A stretch of DNA of 64,000 nt. Origin: Lama glama (lineage: Eukaryota). The stretch lies in NCBI GenBank assembly GCA_028534125.1, contig CM052816.1:51834001-51898000 (forward strand). Direction: 5' to 3'. The stretch's first letter is position 1. Each line of letters starts with the position of its first letter. Under the pieces are notes generated by a model. The model did not search any database. It saw only the letters and a list, made by a program, of their open reading frames with translations, and had not been told where the DNA came from. Below are positions 1 through 11,450 of this stretch, piece by piece. Both the position numbers and the translations under genes were made by a program.

Positions 1-74
1 ACGGTGTCGAAAGAAGCAAAATTGATTCATCATCATTGGTGCACTTAGAAAAGACATAGAATGAGAGGTAATAA

Positions 75-257
75 CAGTTACCATTTATTAAGCATATATT
101 TACTATGTACCAGGGCCCTGTGCTGGAACTTTTAACCTTTACAACAACCCAATGAAGAAGGTATTGCTTTTACCCCCCATTTCACAGATGAGGAAATAAG
201 GCTAAGAGGAATTAGCTTGCCTGAACGTAGAACACAGCTAGAAGGTAGCAGAGCTGT
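75..257 (-). mobile_element. MIR SINE fragment
   Basis: Reverse-orientation MIR core (cccatttcacagatgaggaaataaggct...acacagctagaaggtagcagagctg); boundaries approximate. Confidence 0.75.
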
Positions 258-479
258 TACCAAATTCTATACCGCTTTTTTGGCACCTGGATCCCAGCTT
301 TGGTGAATTTATTATTCATCTATGTAACTACTAATATCAGTTGCTACTGATATAATTAAAATCATGACATTAAAGCACATCAAATAATTTTCTTCGCATT
401 GGAATCCTGAGTAACAAATATTATTATACTTTTTTTGGCTGAAAGCATATTTTCTAAAACTGTTTTAAAGTATTTGATT

Positions 480-1060
480 CACTTGGCATGCTGGGGCAGA
501 AACTATTAGTTGCCCATTGGAATCCTTCTCCTATTTTCCACAGGTGAGCTCAGGAAATAACCACCAGCTAGGTTCCTGCTTGTGGAACAAACAGAAGTGA
601 CGTGTGCCGCCTCCAGGTCTAGACCTTAAATCTTTACATGGACAATCCTGCATGTTCTCTCCCCTCACCACAAGCTAGAATGTGAGGGCTGACCATAACC
701 ATGCAAAGGGGACAGTGCTCTAAGACAGTCCTCTGTGAGTGCAGTCCCCTGACCAACAGCAGCAGCATCACCTGGCAACTTGTTAGAAATGCAACTTCTG
801 CAGGTGGGCCTAGCAATGCATGTTTTCACAAGCCTCCAGCGGATTTTGCTGCAGGCTCAAGTCTGAGAACCACTGTACTAGGAGAGACAGAAGGAGCTGG
901 AAGGCCAAGGAGCAGCGCAGCCTGTCTTTCCATCCCGACTTGCTATATGCAGGAAAATTTAAACTTCTTGTTCTTGAAGCCACACCCCTTTCTTACAGTC
1001 CCTCAACCTCTTATCCTACTGATACAAGTGTTTTTGAGGCAAACTTAATCTTTTCTCGTC
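480..1060 (+). mobile_element. Degenerate MaLR (MLT1-like) LTR interrupted by a MER5A
   Basis: MLT1-like segments (cagaagtgacgtgtgcc...ccagg; aaaatttaaacttcttgttcttgaagccac) on both sides of the MER5A; recognised by eye. Confidence 0.5.
726..875. mobile_element. MER5A hAT-Charlie MITE (internally deleted)
   Basis: cagcagcagcatcacctggcaacttgttagaaatgcaa...tgagaaccactg, typical MER5A body and right TIR. Confidence 0.8.
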
Positions 1061-1092
1061 ACTTTCTATTATAGGTACAGAAACTAGGGTTA

Positions 1093-1326
<234 letters not shown>

Positions 1327-1589
1327 CTACAACAGGGAACAGATGACAAAGCTCTCAGATATCCATTCACTCAGCAGCACATCCTGAACATCAGGGAGAG
1401 ATGTGTGTACTGTATGTTTGCCATAAATGAAATTTAGGTAAATATATAGTTTTCTTTTCCTTTTTTTTTTCCTTTGGAAAGGAGAAAGTAAAGTTATCTG
1501 TAGTTCTATTTTTAATTTACATTTTTTATTGAGAGAACCAGTCTTTAAAATCTATAGTGCTTTATAACTTTCAAAAGTTCCATGCACAT

Positions 1590-1860
1590 GATTTCATATA
1601 GTCCTATAATAACCCTTTTTCCCTCTAACCCTAAACTGCCCCTCCCCGCTTCTTTCACCCCACTGGTAGCCACTAGTTTGTTCTCTATATCTGTGAGTCT
1701 GCTTCTTTTTTGTTTTATTCACTATTTTGTTGTATTTTTTAGATTTCACATATAAGGGTGAAATCATACAGTATTTGTCTTTCTCTGTCTGACATTTCAC
1801 TTAGCATAACGCCCTCCAAGTCTAACTATGTTGCTGCAAATGGCGAAATTTCATCTTTCA
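1590..1860 (-). mobile_element. L1 3'-end fragment
   Basis: ccactagtttgttctctatatctgtgagtctg...atcatacagtatttgtctttctctgtctgacatttcacttagcataa. Confidence 0.8.
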
Positions 1861-2389
1861 TTCTATAGTATTTCTTTAATAGAAAATTAAATCTCTTCTA
1901 TCAGAATATTAAAATGGTCCAATTAAATCAGATAAACTACGTAAAGCACTGAACAGTGTACCTAGCATATACTAAACACTCAATAAACGTCAGTTGTTAT
2001 TATTTTTCCCATGAGCATAGTAGAATAAAGGAATTCTCAGCAAGTAAGGCTGTGGTCAGATTACATAGGAACATTGGTGCATCCTATAGTGTCTCTATGC
2101 TTAGAATAGCCTAAAGCTCTGTTAAAGAAATCAGAAAATAACTAATAATTCACAGACTTCTCTAAACCATTCTGCACTTGGAAGGGAAGCATAGGAACTT
2201 GCTAATAACAAAAAAAAAGTCATCTGTTTTTTGAAGCACTGCTCCAGAAGCCTCACCCCAAAAGAGTGCCATGATCCTTAGAAAGAAATAAGCCCCATCT
2301 TCGAAGTCATCATAGTGTCTCCTTTTAAGAAGGAAAAATAAAGAGATTTTATTTTAGTGAATATTCAGAAATCTCTGATGAAATCTTAC

Positions 2390-2513
2390 CTCTTTCAGTC
2401 CACGACAGAATCGCTCAAACACTCTTTTCATATTGCCTCCTTTCTCCATAGAGATTACCCTGGTGTGGTCTTCCTCATTAATCCAGATGAGAAATGTCTT
2501 GTCATAATTATGC
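2390..2513 (-). CDS. CKMT2: CKMT2 coding exon (exon 7), 124 nt
   Basis: [41 protein letters not shown] with the NEED catalytic motif; tag|...|gtaaga. Confidence 0.97.
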
Positions 2514-3299
2514 CTAATGAAGAGAGAAATATGGTGCTGAGTGTTAATTACACTTGTTTCATCACATGAAAACCCCCATTACTTCTGTAACTGGATTGCT
2601 CCATTTCACCTTCCTCATTTCTTTAGATGTGGCCCTAATCTCTTAATTGTGTGTGACTAAGTGCCTGCAAAATAATGTTACCTTGACAGAATGAAGAGTA
2701 AGACCAACTTCAACCCTCAAAGATGTCATGTTTTTGCCCAACAAGAACTTAATCTCCCTCATTACTGAGACTACGATGACAATAATTCCACCATGATAAC
2801 ATTTGGCCTTGCCGCTAACAAGAGTATTTTGTCTCCTAATAAATTCAGTCAAAATCTTGTGGCACTTAAAAAAAGATTTTACCTGCAGCCCAACATGTTT
2901 GGGGTGCAGAAGACTTCACATATGTCTCCTGTAGAGATCCTGCCTATCCACCCACACTGAGCAGCTGCCCCCAAACACTTTGATCTCAGCTCCTTCAGGT
3001 ATCGTAATAACCTGCCAAGGTACAGGAATCAAAGTGGCCTGAGGACTGTTGGCCAAGAGGACTGTTGTACACTCAACAGCCACTCTTCCTTGTAGACTTT
3101 TGCTTACATCCCCCATATGTATTTTTCATTGTCTGCTCTTTTGTTTTAATGTCATGAAACAGATTCTCTGTGAGGTCCAATAATATGAAGCTAATTTTTT
3201 CTTGAAAATACAGTCCTTTTTATCGTGCATAGTTCATGCAAACCAGCTAACATTTGTATACATCTTGGAAACATCACAATACTTACATGTATCTCTCTC

Positions 3300-3332
3300 A
3301 CACACAAACACACACACACACACACACACACA
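3300..3332. repeat. (CA)n microsatellite
   Basis: acacacaaacacacacacacacacacacacaca. Confidence 0.9.
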
Positions 3333-3477
3333 ATTTCTAAGTATTCTGCTTTCTCTATTTAGTTCAAGCTGGGCATGCTGTCAAGTGCAGGTCACAGCAA
3401 CCTCAGGTTAGGACAAGCAGGTGATCTGAAGGAGATCGTCTGCACACATTGCAAATGTGAAAAGGCTGTGTCCATAC

Positions 3478-3563
3478 CAGATTCCCCTGGCATCTGGCCA
3501 GTCACGGGCCATCCCAGCACAAGTTAGTAAAGGGGATACTGGCTTATCAAACAGAAAGTGGTC
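3478..3563 (-). CDS. CKMT2: CKMT2 coding exon (exon 6), 86 nt
   Basis: [29 protein letters not shown]; cag|...|gtatgg. Confidence 0.97.
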
Positions 3564-3673
3564 CTGCAGGCCAAAAAGGACAAAGCAGAAAGGAGAAACT
3601 GATGAGATCAGATACCCTCGCAAGTGCTAGGTGGCCAAGTTTCACTCACTAATAATGGCTGAGGTCTCTCGGG

Positions 3674-3841
3674 CAGTGGTTCTCAGCCTTAGCTGCCCAC
3701 TGTCATAACCTGAGAGCTTTAGAAAAATTCTAACGCCCAGTTCCCATCCCTCAGAGATTCTGACTGAATTGTTATGGAGTGTTGCCCGGACATCGGTATT
3801 TTCAGGTGAGTCTAGCGTACAGCTCAGGCTGAAAACCACTG
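3674..3841. mobile_element. MER5-family hAT MITE
   Basis: Terminal inverted repeats cagtggttctca ... tgaaaaccactg around a MER5-like body. Confidence 0.8.
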
Positions 3842-4230
3842 GCTTTACCCCAGTGGAAATCCTTAATCACTCTGGAGCCTTTCTATCCCACCAACACCAA
3901 CCCCATGCAGCAGCACAGTGGGCAGTGAGTGAGGGCTGCTAGCCTGAAAAGTGCTCCACATAGCTGCATTCTCCGTGTTTCCAGCATTATTGGTTTATTT
4001 ATAACTATCATTCCTTTTGTTTAAGAGTTTTAGAGGTGTAAAACAATGATCTATAAATAAAAATAGTCACCATTAATTTAATGCTACGTGCCAGGCTCTA
4101 CGCTTTGTACTTTTCATTTATTTCCTTTAATGCTTACAATGACACTCTAAGGTAAATGTAATCACTCTATTTGGTAGGAAAAAAAAAAAACAGATTCAGA
4201 GAGAACAACTTACCACACAGGACAGATAGG

Positions 4231-4326
4231 TTTATTTGTCTTTATTTTTAGAGGAGGTGCTGGGGATTGAACCCAGGACCTTGTGCATGCTAAGCACGTA
4301 CTCTACCACTGAGCTATACCCTCCCC
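4231..4326 (-). mobile_element. tRNA-Ala-derived short SINE (camelid Vic-1 type), inserted in an older MIR
   Basis: Minus strand GGGGAGGGTATAGCTCAGTGGTAGAG...GGTTCAATCCCCAGCACCTCC followed by an A-rich tail; A and B boxes present; partial TSD agatagg on both flanks. Confidence 0.85.
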
Positions 4327-5372
4327 ACACAAGATAGGTAGGAAGTGGTAGAGCCTAGGATGCTGTATGACTCCTAAGCTTATGCCTCTAACTACAATAT
4401 ACTACTCTGCATAGCAAAATCAGTGTTCAGAGACTGACATTTTCTTACTGTGTGCACACAGTAAGAATATGAATATGGATACCATATATTCACATATGAT
4501 TACCCTGATGTAAGAAATCAAGAAGACAGAGGAAGGGAAGTCCTTCTACAATCTCTAAGTGGGAAAGATCAGAGACCTGAGCCAGGACAGGCTTATGGAC
4601 TGTCACTGCCCAGGAAATAGCATGTCCTTTAAGCTGGAAACCAGAAGTGGTTACTAGAGTCAGAGGGCTTGTTCTGTAACAGGCAAGTGGAGAAGAACTG
4701 GAGACTGAGGCATCTTGACCACAGAGTTGGTCCCTCTGGTTTGGAAATGGGGCATTTTTTGTGGCGTTGCATTCTCTGAAATGACAGAAGTTTCTGCTTT
4801 TCCTTGGAGTTTAAATTTACTTTTGAAAATGCTATTTTGTTTTAACTGTGCTACAGGGAAACAAGGAAAGGACTTGGGTTTTGTCTACACTTGAGGAAGC
4901 CATAGAAAACGTGTGAAGGCAGCGGGAATCCTAGGGGCTAGCTCCAATGTGAGTCAGGGCAGGCCCTCCACCTGGGGGATTCCCTTTCCAGATTCTCCCA
5001 GCTTCCTGGACTTCCTGGTAATGGAGGCCATTCTCCAGGCACAGACAGGATTTTCCACATCCAATTGTTTCTACTTACTAAGGAGCCACTGGGATCCTCC
5101 ATTCTCCTCTACCCACCAATCCCAGCCCACTACCATATTGTTGCCTCCACAGAATTTATCCATAGGCTGACTGTCTTTACTTTTGGCCTGAAGTTTTAAG
5201 GCCTGCTCTTCCTTCCTCATATTGACCGGGCTGAAGCCGCAGCAAGCTCCCAACCAGGGCAGGGGGCCTGGGCTCTGTGAGGGGCCACACCATGTGGGTC
5301 AGGGCTCTGGGCACAGCCCCGCCCAGACAGCCCGGGATGGAGGTCGGGGGTGTTGGTTTAAGGGCCACTCAC

Positions 5373-5594
5373 GTCGATGAGCCGCTGCTGGTCCTGCTCC
5401 GTCATCTCGGACAGCTTGTAGTAGCGACCGGCCAGGTCCCCCTTGAGGCCCTCCAGGGCTGTGATGGCCACGTTCTCCACCTCCCTCCGCTCGGCCCGGG
5501 AGCAGGCGGGCGGCAGGCTCAGCCCGCGAATGCTGCGGCCCGTGCGCACGCGAGACGACAGCACGTAGCGCTCGTCGAACTGCCCTTGGGTGAT
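5373..5594 (-). CDS. CKMT2: CKMT2 coding exon (exon 5), 222 nt
   Basis: [74 protein letters not shown]; cag|...|gtgagt. Confidence 0.97.
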
Positions 5595-6045
5595 CTGCCG
5601 GGCAGAGTGTGGGGTCACCGCAGCGCCACGACCACAGTGGCTTACAAACTGCTGATCAGGGACCCTCAAGGCACGCTGCACGTTTGCATGTGGGACACAT
5701 TCTGGAACTCGGGGGGCAGGGGTCTTGCAAGTCAAGAGAGGAGCTACTTTACACAGCGCCATCTGCAGTGCTTTACCCCAGCTGGATTTGGGCTGAAGAA
5801 AGGAATTGTTTTAGGAAAGGCTTAAGGTTCTCAGCGACCACCACCACCTTGTTGGTAGGAGGTAAGAAAAACAGATTCTGGGACCTTCCTGATCTTCCCA
5901 GGGGCCCTCCAGGGAGCATACTGTGGAAGGGTCACCGCAGAGCTTTCAAGGGCATCTGACCCAGGGGCCCTACTCTCAGATGCTCCTTACCCTGAGGTCT
6001 GGAGTGCCAGCTTCATGGGAAGGTACAGAGGCGGCTGGGGCCTAC

Positions 6046-6141
6046 CTTGGAGGCATCCAGATCCGTGGGGTGCTTCATCACCCTGGGGTCATAGCCATTG
6101 TGCCTCAGCTTGATGACAGGGTCGAAAAGGTCAGCAAACAC
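6046..6141 (-). CDS. CKMT2: CKMT2 coding exon (exon 4), 96 nt
   Basis: [32 protein letters not shown]; cag|...|gtaggc; not in the ORF track. Confidence 0.97.
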
Positions 6142-7556
6142 CTGCAGAAGGGAAGATGCTCCTGTTTCCTCCTGAACTGGTTCATCAACTTTAATTCATT
6201 CATCACTTGCCCCTTTTTATCTTAAGGGTCAAAGTTGATGCCCTCTTCTGAAATTCTCAGTGCTATGCAGGAAACAGGTGTGAGATTGGATTGATGGCCA
6301 GTAATAATAATACTAACAGTAATAAATATAATAGGCTATACTAGAGGAAGCCTCTTTGAGACACTTTGCCCCTTGGGAGATGGCAGCGCTCCAGAACTCT
6401 GTCATCATAACCTCCTCCTTAGTGATTCTGCCAAGTTCACTACCACAAGATGGAGCAAGAAAAGCTTGTGTTTAAGAATTTGAGGGTTTTCCCCAGAAGT
6501 CCTTGCTTTCGTAGGATAAAAGACACTGCCAGATCATAAGCTAAGCAGATTTGTGGTCAAAAGGGAAGGTCAGGTTCTAGAGTTTGAGCAACATAATAAA
6601 TTTGTGGAAAACCAGCTGCACAGAAAGAAAAGGGCACAGCAGCAATCAAAGTGAAGCAGGCACCTCTTCCCCTGTGAGGACCTTTCCCAGCCCAAACTAT
6701 CTCAGGCAAATCTACTTTTTAAAAAACCAAAAACCTTAGGAACATCCTTTGGATAAAATAAGGTTAGAAGAAGTCATAACAGAGCACCCTGTAGCCTGTG
6801 GGAGCTATGTGAAGTGGGTCCAGGGAGCCAGATCTAGTCTGGGACTCTGGGAGCCGAGAGTTGGACACTGCTGTACCTGAGTGAGCTACCAGTCTTGTCT
6901 ACTCAAGGTGGCCCCCTCCCTCCTCCTGATGGCTGCCTTTCCAGGGAACTGTCTTCAGCTCCCTGCAGTGGCAGGTGCAAAGGCAGCAGACCTGAGGGAG
7001 ACGGGCTGGAGGTATTTGCCGTGACGTAGAGGCTGCTCTGGTGACTGAGCTCCAGAACAGGCCATCCTGTGCTTCTGCACCCAGGGTGAGGACGTGGAGA
7101 CCACGGCATTTCTCCAAGAGACTTAGTGAACTGAATAAGACTACAGCAGGCTGCGTAGTCAGTAATTCCCATACTAAAGACACATGGAACCATCCTCCCT
7201 GCTCAGTAAAGTTCAGCCACAAACACATCATCTCCTAATGCCCTGTTGGTGAAAACACATCATCAATACAATAAAAACATTAAAGAGATTTTTTTTTTCT
7301 GAACCAATTCATCCCCTTGACAGCTCAGAGAGCTGGGTCATGCAACTCATTCCTCTGTGAGGAGGGATATTTGGAAGCCTTGTCCCTGGGAAGCTGTAGA
7401 CCTCACTGTTCCAGAAAGCACAGCAGGCATTCTGTTGATGCTGGCTTCCCTTTATGGGTGCCCTTCCTGAAGGCAGCAACTCGGCCCCACAGAGAGACCC
7501 CAGAGCACCCCCCATCCCTCTACACACACTGCAGAACTGGCAGCCAATGGTTTTAC

Positions 7557-7755
7557 CTCATAGGACTCCTCGTCACCAGCCACCATGCCCACAGTCTTTA
7601 TGAAGGGGTGGCCAGGGTTGTCCACTCCAGTCTGGATACACTGGTCCAGGGTGTAGCCATTGGGCGTCACCTTGTTGCGGAGCTTGGCGTAGATGGCCGG
7701 CGTGAGGCACTCAGCCATGCAGTTGTTGTGTTTGCGCAGATCAGGGTAGTCCGCA
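7557..7755 (-). CDS. CKMT2: CKMT2 coding exon (exon 3), 199 nt
   Basis: [66 protein letters not shown]; cag|...|gtaaaa. Confidence 0.97.
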
Positions 7756-9091
7756 CTGCATGGGGAGGAGAGAGGCGTTCAGGGAGCAGCCACTGGCGGA
7801 AGGGGCCTATGCAAGAGCTTTGTTTCTGGCCATCCTTCCACCAGGCTCTCTTCAGCCACTGAGCAGAGGAACACTTGGCTAGGTCATGGCTTATGTAAGC
7901 TAGATTTAAAAAAATAATTCCCTAAACTGTCAGAAAAATGGAATTGGCCTTGCCTAAGGAGTCCACAATGCTGGCTGTAGGAGCCCACAGACAGTGGCTT
8001 GTTTATACAGAGAGGAGACAGAATGAAAATGGTTAGAAAATAAATTGAAATCATATGCAGGCTTTTTTTTAAGCCCAGAAGTTTTGGTAAAATATAACAG
8101 CTGTATCTTGGTCCCTTGGGTTTGTGGTGGAGAGGCTAGAAACCCTGTAGGTGGAACTACATAGAGATTCATTTACTTTTCTGTCCTCTGTCTATGATGC
8201 AAACTCTATGATTATCTGCTTTGTTGAGAACAGTGCCTGGCTATAGAAACAGGCATTCAGTAAATATCTGTTGAAATAATACATAGGAAGAAATCAAATG
8301 GGGGTACTTTCTTACCCTGGGGGATGTACTGACTGAAAAATAGGGGACTTGGGACCACCACGGGCTCAAATGCAGGTAATCTCACCTCAGGAACTCCTGA
8401 GGTGCATGGCGGTGCCGGTAACTCCCTCAGAGATCCTGATTTCCACAAAAGCCATTAAATGTCTGAGAAACATTTCAGGTTTTCCTCATCTCTCCCGTCC
8501 ACACCCACCTACATGGAATCCCTTAAGGGCAGCACTCCACTCCAACTCTATCCAGTGTGTGGCTTAGCCGAGGCAAGGTTCCAGAGGCTGAGAAAACAGT
8601 CCATCTTCATGCCCCTCCTCCACTTCCCTTCTGGAAGGGCCTCTGAAGCTGAGAAGTGCTATAACATCATACTTTCTGGAGGCAATACAGGGTGGGTGAG
8701 GCCTGGGTCTGGAATCAAGGTCTATGGATTCGCATTTGGCTGCACCAGCTGTGTGAATCTGGGCACTACTTAACTTTCAGAAGCCTTCATTTCATCACAA
8801 AGGGATGCTAAGATGAATAAAATACTATGCATAAAGGGCTCAGCACACACAGAAGTGTCCAACAAATGTTAATTACTATTGTTATTACTACTCAGCGAGA
8901 CCTTGAGCTCTGGGCAGCAACGATGACACTACAGCCACATTTCCTTGTACTTGCCACAGGTCACTGTGCTTAATGGGGCTCAAAAACGACTGCCAATTTG
9001 ACTTAGTCACCCTTGCTGACCCTTGTTTGAGCAAGGGAAAGCATATTTATGGCTGGCATGTGGTGTCACTTTTAAAGCCAGGAGGACCTAC

Positions 9092-9243
9092 CTTGGCGGG
9101 AATAGCTTGCGCTGCTCCTGGGCCGCAGCACACACGTTCTGCCGATTTTGCAGGTACCCAGTGGTCAGGGCACTGGTGCCCAAGGTAGCAAGTAACAGAG
9201 AAGCATTGCGGCCAGTTAGCAGCTTAGAGAAGGTACTGGCCAT
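9092..9243 (-). CDS. CKMT2: CKMT2 first coding exon (exon 2), mitochondrial presequence; exon begins at 9263 with 20 nt of 5' UTR
   Basis: [50 protein letters not shown]; ttccag| acceptor at 9264-9265, |gtaggt donor; frame joins the next exon. Confidence 0.96.
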
Positions 9244-9616
9244 CCTGCCTCTTGGATGAGTGTCTGGAAAGCAGAGAAGCCGAATTAGACAGAATGGCCC
9301 TGAACCACAGGATGGAGACCAACAAGCAGGAGAAAGAACTGCTGGAGGCTTAGCCTCTGTGTTGTTTTTCTCTTTCTTCCTTTCTCCCCCAACCCCCTTC
9401 ATACTGCTTGGGAAAATCCGGGTGGTCTGAGACACTGAGAATGTCAAACTGCCTGAAGTTCATGCCATTTTCTCCCCTAATATGATATAAGAAAAAAATG
9501 GGGGATTTCTACTTCTGACTGCTTGACAGACCAGCTGCTCTTTTGGACTCTGCCGGTGCACAGCAACTAGACTCCGAATAGAATAGACTGCTGGGCTTGT
9601 AAGAGGTAGAGGAAGT

Positions 9617-10181
9617 TGTTACCAAACCAGGCTCATTTTGCCTGATACACAGCAAGCCAAAACGCTGACACACAAAGGTCTGCAGCAAAGAGAGAGTTAA
9701 TTTTCAAAGTACCCAAAGGAGGAGATGGGAGAACAAATCTCAAATCTACCTCCCTAAGGGCAAGGGGCTTGGGGTATTTATGGGATAACAAATAAGGAAG
9801 CAGTGAAGTCTGAGGCATGGGCGTGTGGAGACCATAGCGAAAGGTGATTAGGAAAAGGAGTGGAAATAGTTGTTTTGCGCAGGCATGATTGGGCTACAGG
9901 CCTCTGCATGTTCTGCGGGTGGAGTTTTCAGCCTTCCTGTTTCAAAAGGTCACTGAGCTCAGACATTTGCACATGCCTATTTGGAGGGTTGGTGGTCCTA
10001 CCCGGTCTTAACCAGCTCAGCTCAAACTAGACCCAGACAACTCCATGTTCCTGGAGAATTACTCAGGCAAACATCTTGTTGTTCAAGCTAGGAGCCACTT
10101 GGAGGACATGCAAGTCTTAAAATGACCTTGTTTAGTAAAGACAGGTGAAACAGACTTAACTAATCATTACACACAATTTCA
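9617..10181 (-). mobile_element. ERV solo LTR (ERV1-like)
   Basis: TG...CA termini, identical 4-bp flanks AAGT (9613-9616 and 10182-10185), TATA-like CATAAATA on the minus strand near 9775-9782. Confidence 0.75.
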
Positions 10182-10439
10182 AAGTCTCTGAGGACCATTT
10201 TCCTACTCCACTCATCCCAAATGAGTTGGTGTCAGTTCAGAGTAACAAGCCAGGAGGTTTGGGTTCTCTGACAGTGGATGCCCATTTGAACACTAAGATC
10301 AGGATACCAGCATGGAGGTGGGGAGCTGAGTCTAAGACACCCCAGTCAAGCTAAGGCCCTTGAGAGGGGCTAAAGTGGTCCAATGTCAGCAGCTCCCAAC
10401 AGAAGCACACTCAGATCCTGTCTGAGGAAAGTATACTCA

Positions 10440-11450
10440 GTTTAGGCCCTGCTTTCCTACAGATTAAGATCAATCAATAAGCTCTCAGCCAAAGATCACC
10501 AAGCACAAAAGAAGGTACCATGAATGGCAGTCAACAGAAGAAATGGCCACAGATTTTTGACCTCCAATGACAGAAGATATTGGAATTGGCAGATAAGAAT
10601 GTAGATTACCTCTATGTACAACGTTTAAAGACATAAGTGATGGAATCACAACAATGAACAAGTAACAAGAGACTATCAAAGATGATCAATCTGATTTGAA
10701 AGGGAATCAGAATGAACTATGGATATAATACAGCTGAAGACAGAATAAATGAACTGGAAGATACAGCTTATGAAATTATCCAGAATGTTGTACAGAGAAA
10801 TAAGAAAATAGAAAATATGAGGTAGAAGTTAAGAGATATAAAGAATAGAATGGCAGGTCAAATACATATCTAACTGAAGCCACAGACAGGAGAATAGAGA
10901 AAACAGAGAAGAAGCCATATTTGAAGAGAAATGGCTGAGAATTTTCCAGAACCGAGGAAAGACAGAAAATCCATGATTCAAGAGGCATGACATAACCCAA
11001 GCAAAATTAAAATACTCCACACATATGTAAACCCAAGCAAAATTAAAATACTCCACACATATGTAAAGGATAGTCAGCTCCAGAATACTGGAGACAAAGA
11101 TATCAAAAGCAATCAGAGAGAAAAGACAGTTTATCTTTAAAGAAAAAAATCATCTGATTTTTCAACAGTGAATAATGGATGCCAGAGAAATGGCCTTTAA
11201 GGGGCTAAGAGACAATAGAGACAATACTTATCAACCAGACTTGGGGATATAGTCAAATTATCTTTCAAAAGTGAGAATGAAAAAGGCAATTAAAGGTAAA
11301 GAGCAGATCAATAACAAAGGAACTACTAAAATGTGTACTTTAGAAAGTAGGAAATAGACACCAGAAGGACAGCCTGAGATGTAGACAAAATGCAGAAAAC
11401 ATAAATCAAGATAAATGTTCATATAATATCAACAAGGGATGAAAATCAGA
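10440..11450 (+). mobile_element. Old L1 fragment (ORF1 region)
   Basis: A-rich degenerate ORF1 sequence (acagctgaagacagaataaatgaactggaaga...atggctgagaattttccaga). Confidence 0.7.
10994..11067. repeat. Perfect 36-bp tandem duplication
   Basis: aacccaagcaaaattaaaatactccacacatatgta occurs twice in a row. Confidence 0.95.

Noticed and set aside
1..70. Next CKMT2 coding exon at the window edge
   Set aside because: No frame gives the expected DPRF...LRLQKRGTGG sequence; the remaining exons lie outside the window
4253..4326. tRNA-Ala gene
   Set aside because: Extra 5' bases, mismatched stems, A-rich tail and partial TSD indicate a SINE rather than a tRNA gene
5277..5825. 182-aa plus-strand ORF
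   Set aside because: Antisense shadow of the GC-rich CKMT2 exon 5; no independent coding signal
6376..6456. Two CTCF-like motifs (GGGAGATGGCAGC, CCACAAGATGGAGC) in a CKMT2 intron
   Set aside because: Each has mismatches at informative core positions and no clear upstream motif; cannot be supported without a matrix scan
7317..7862. 181-aa plus-strand ORF
   Set aside because: Overlaps CKMT2 exon 3 in antisense; no recognisable protein features
9088..9447. N-terminally extended CKMT2 suggested by the ORF track
   Set aside because: The extension is intronic, upstream of the acceptor at 9264-9265, and starts at a non-ATG codon; the true start is ATG 9243
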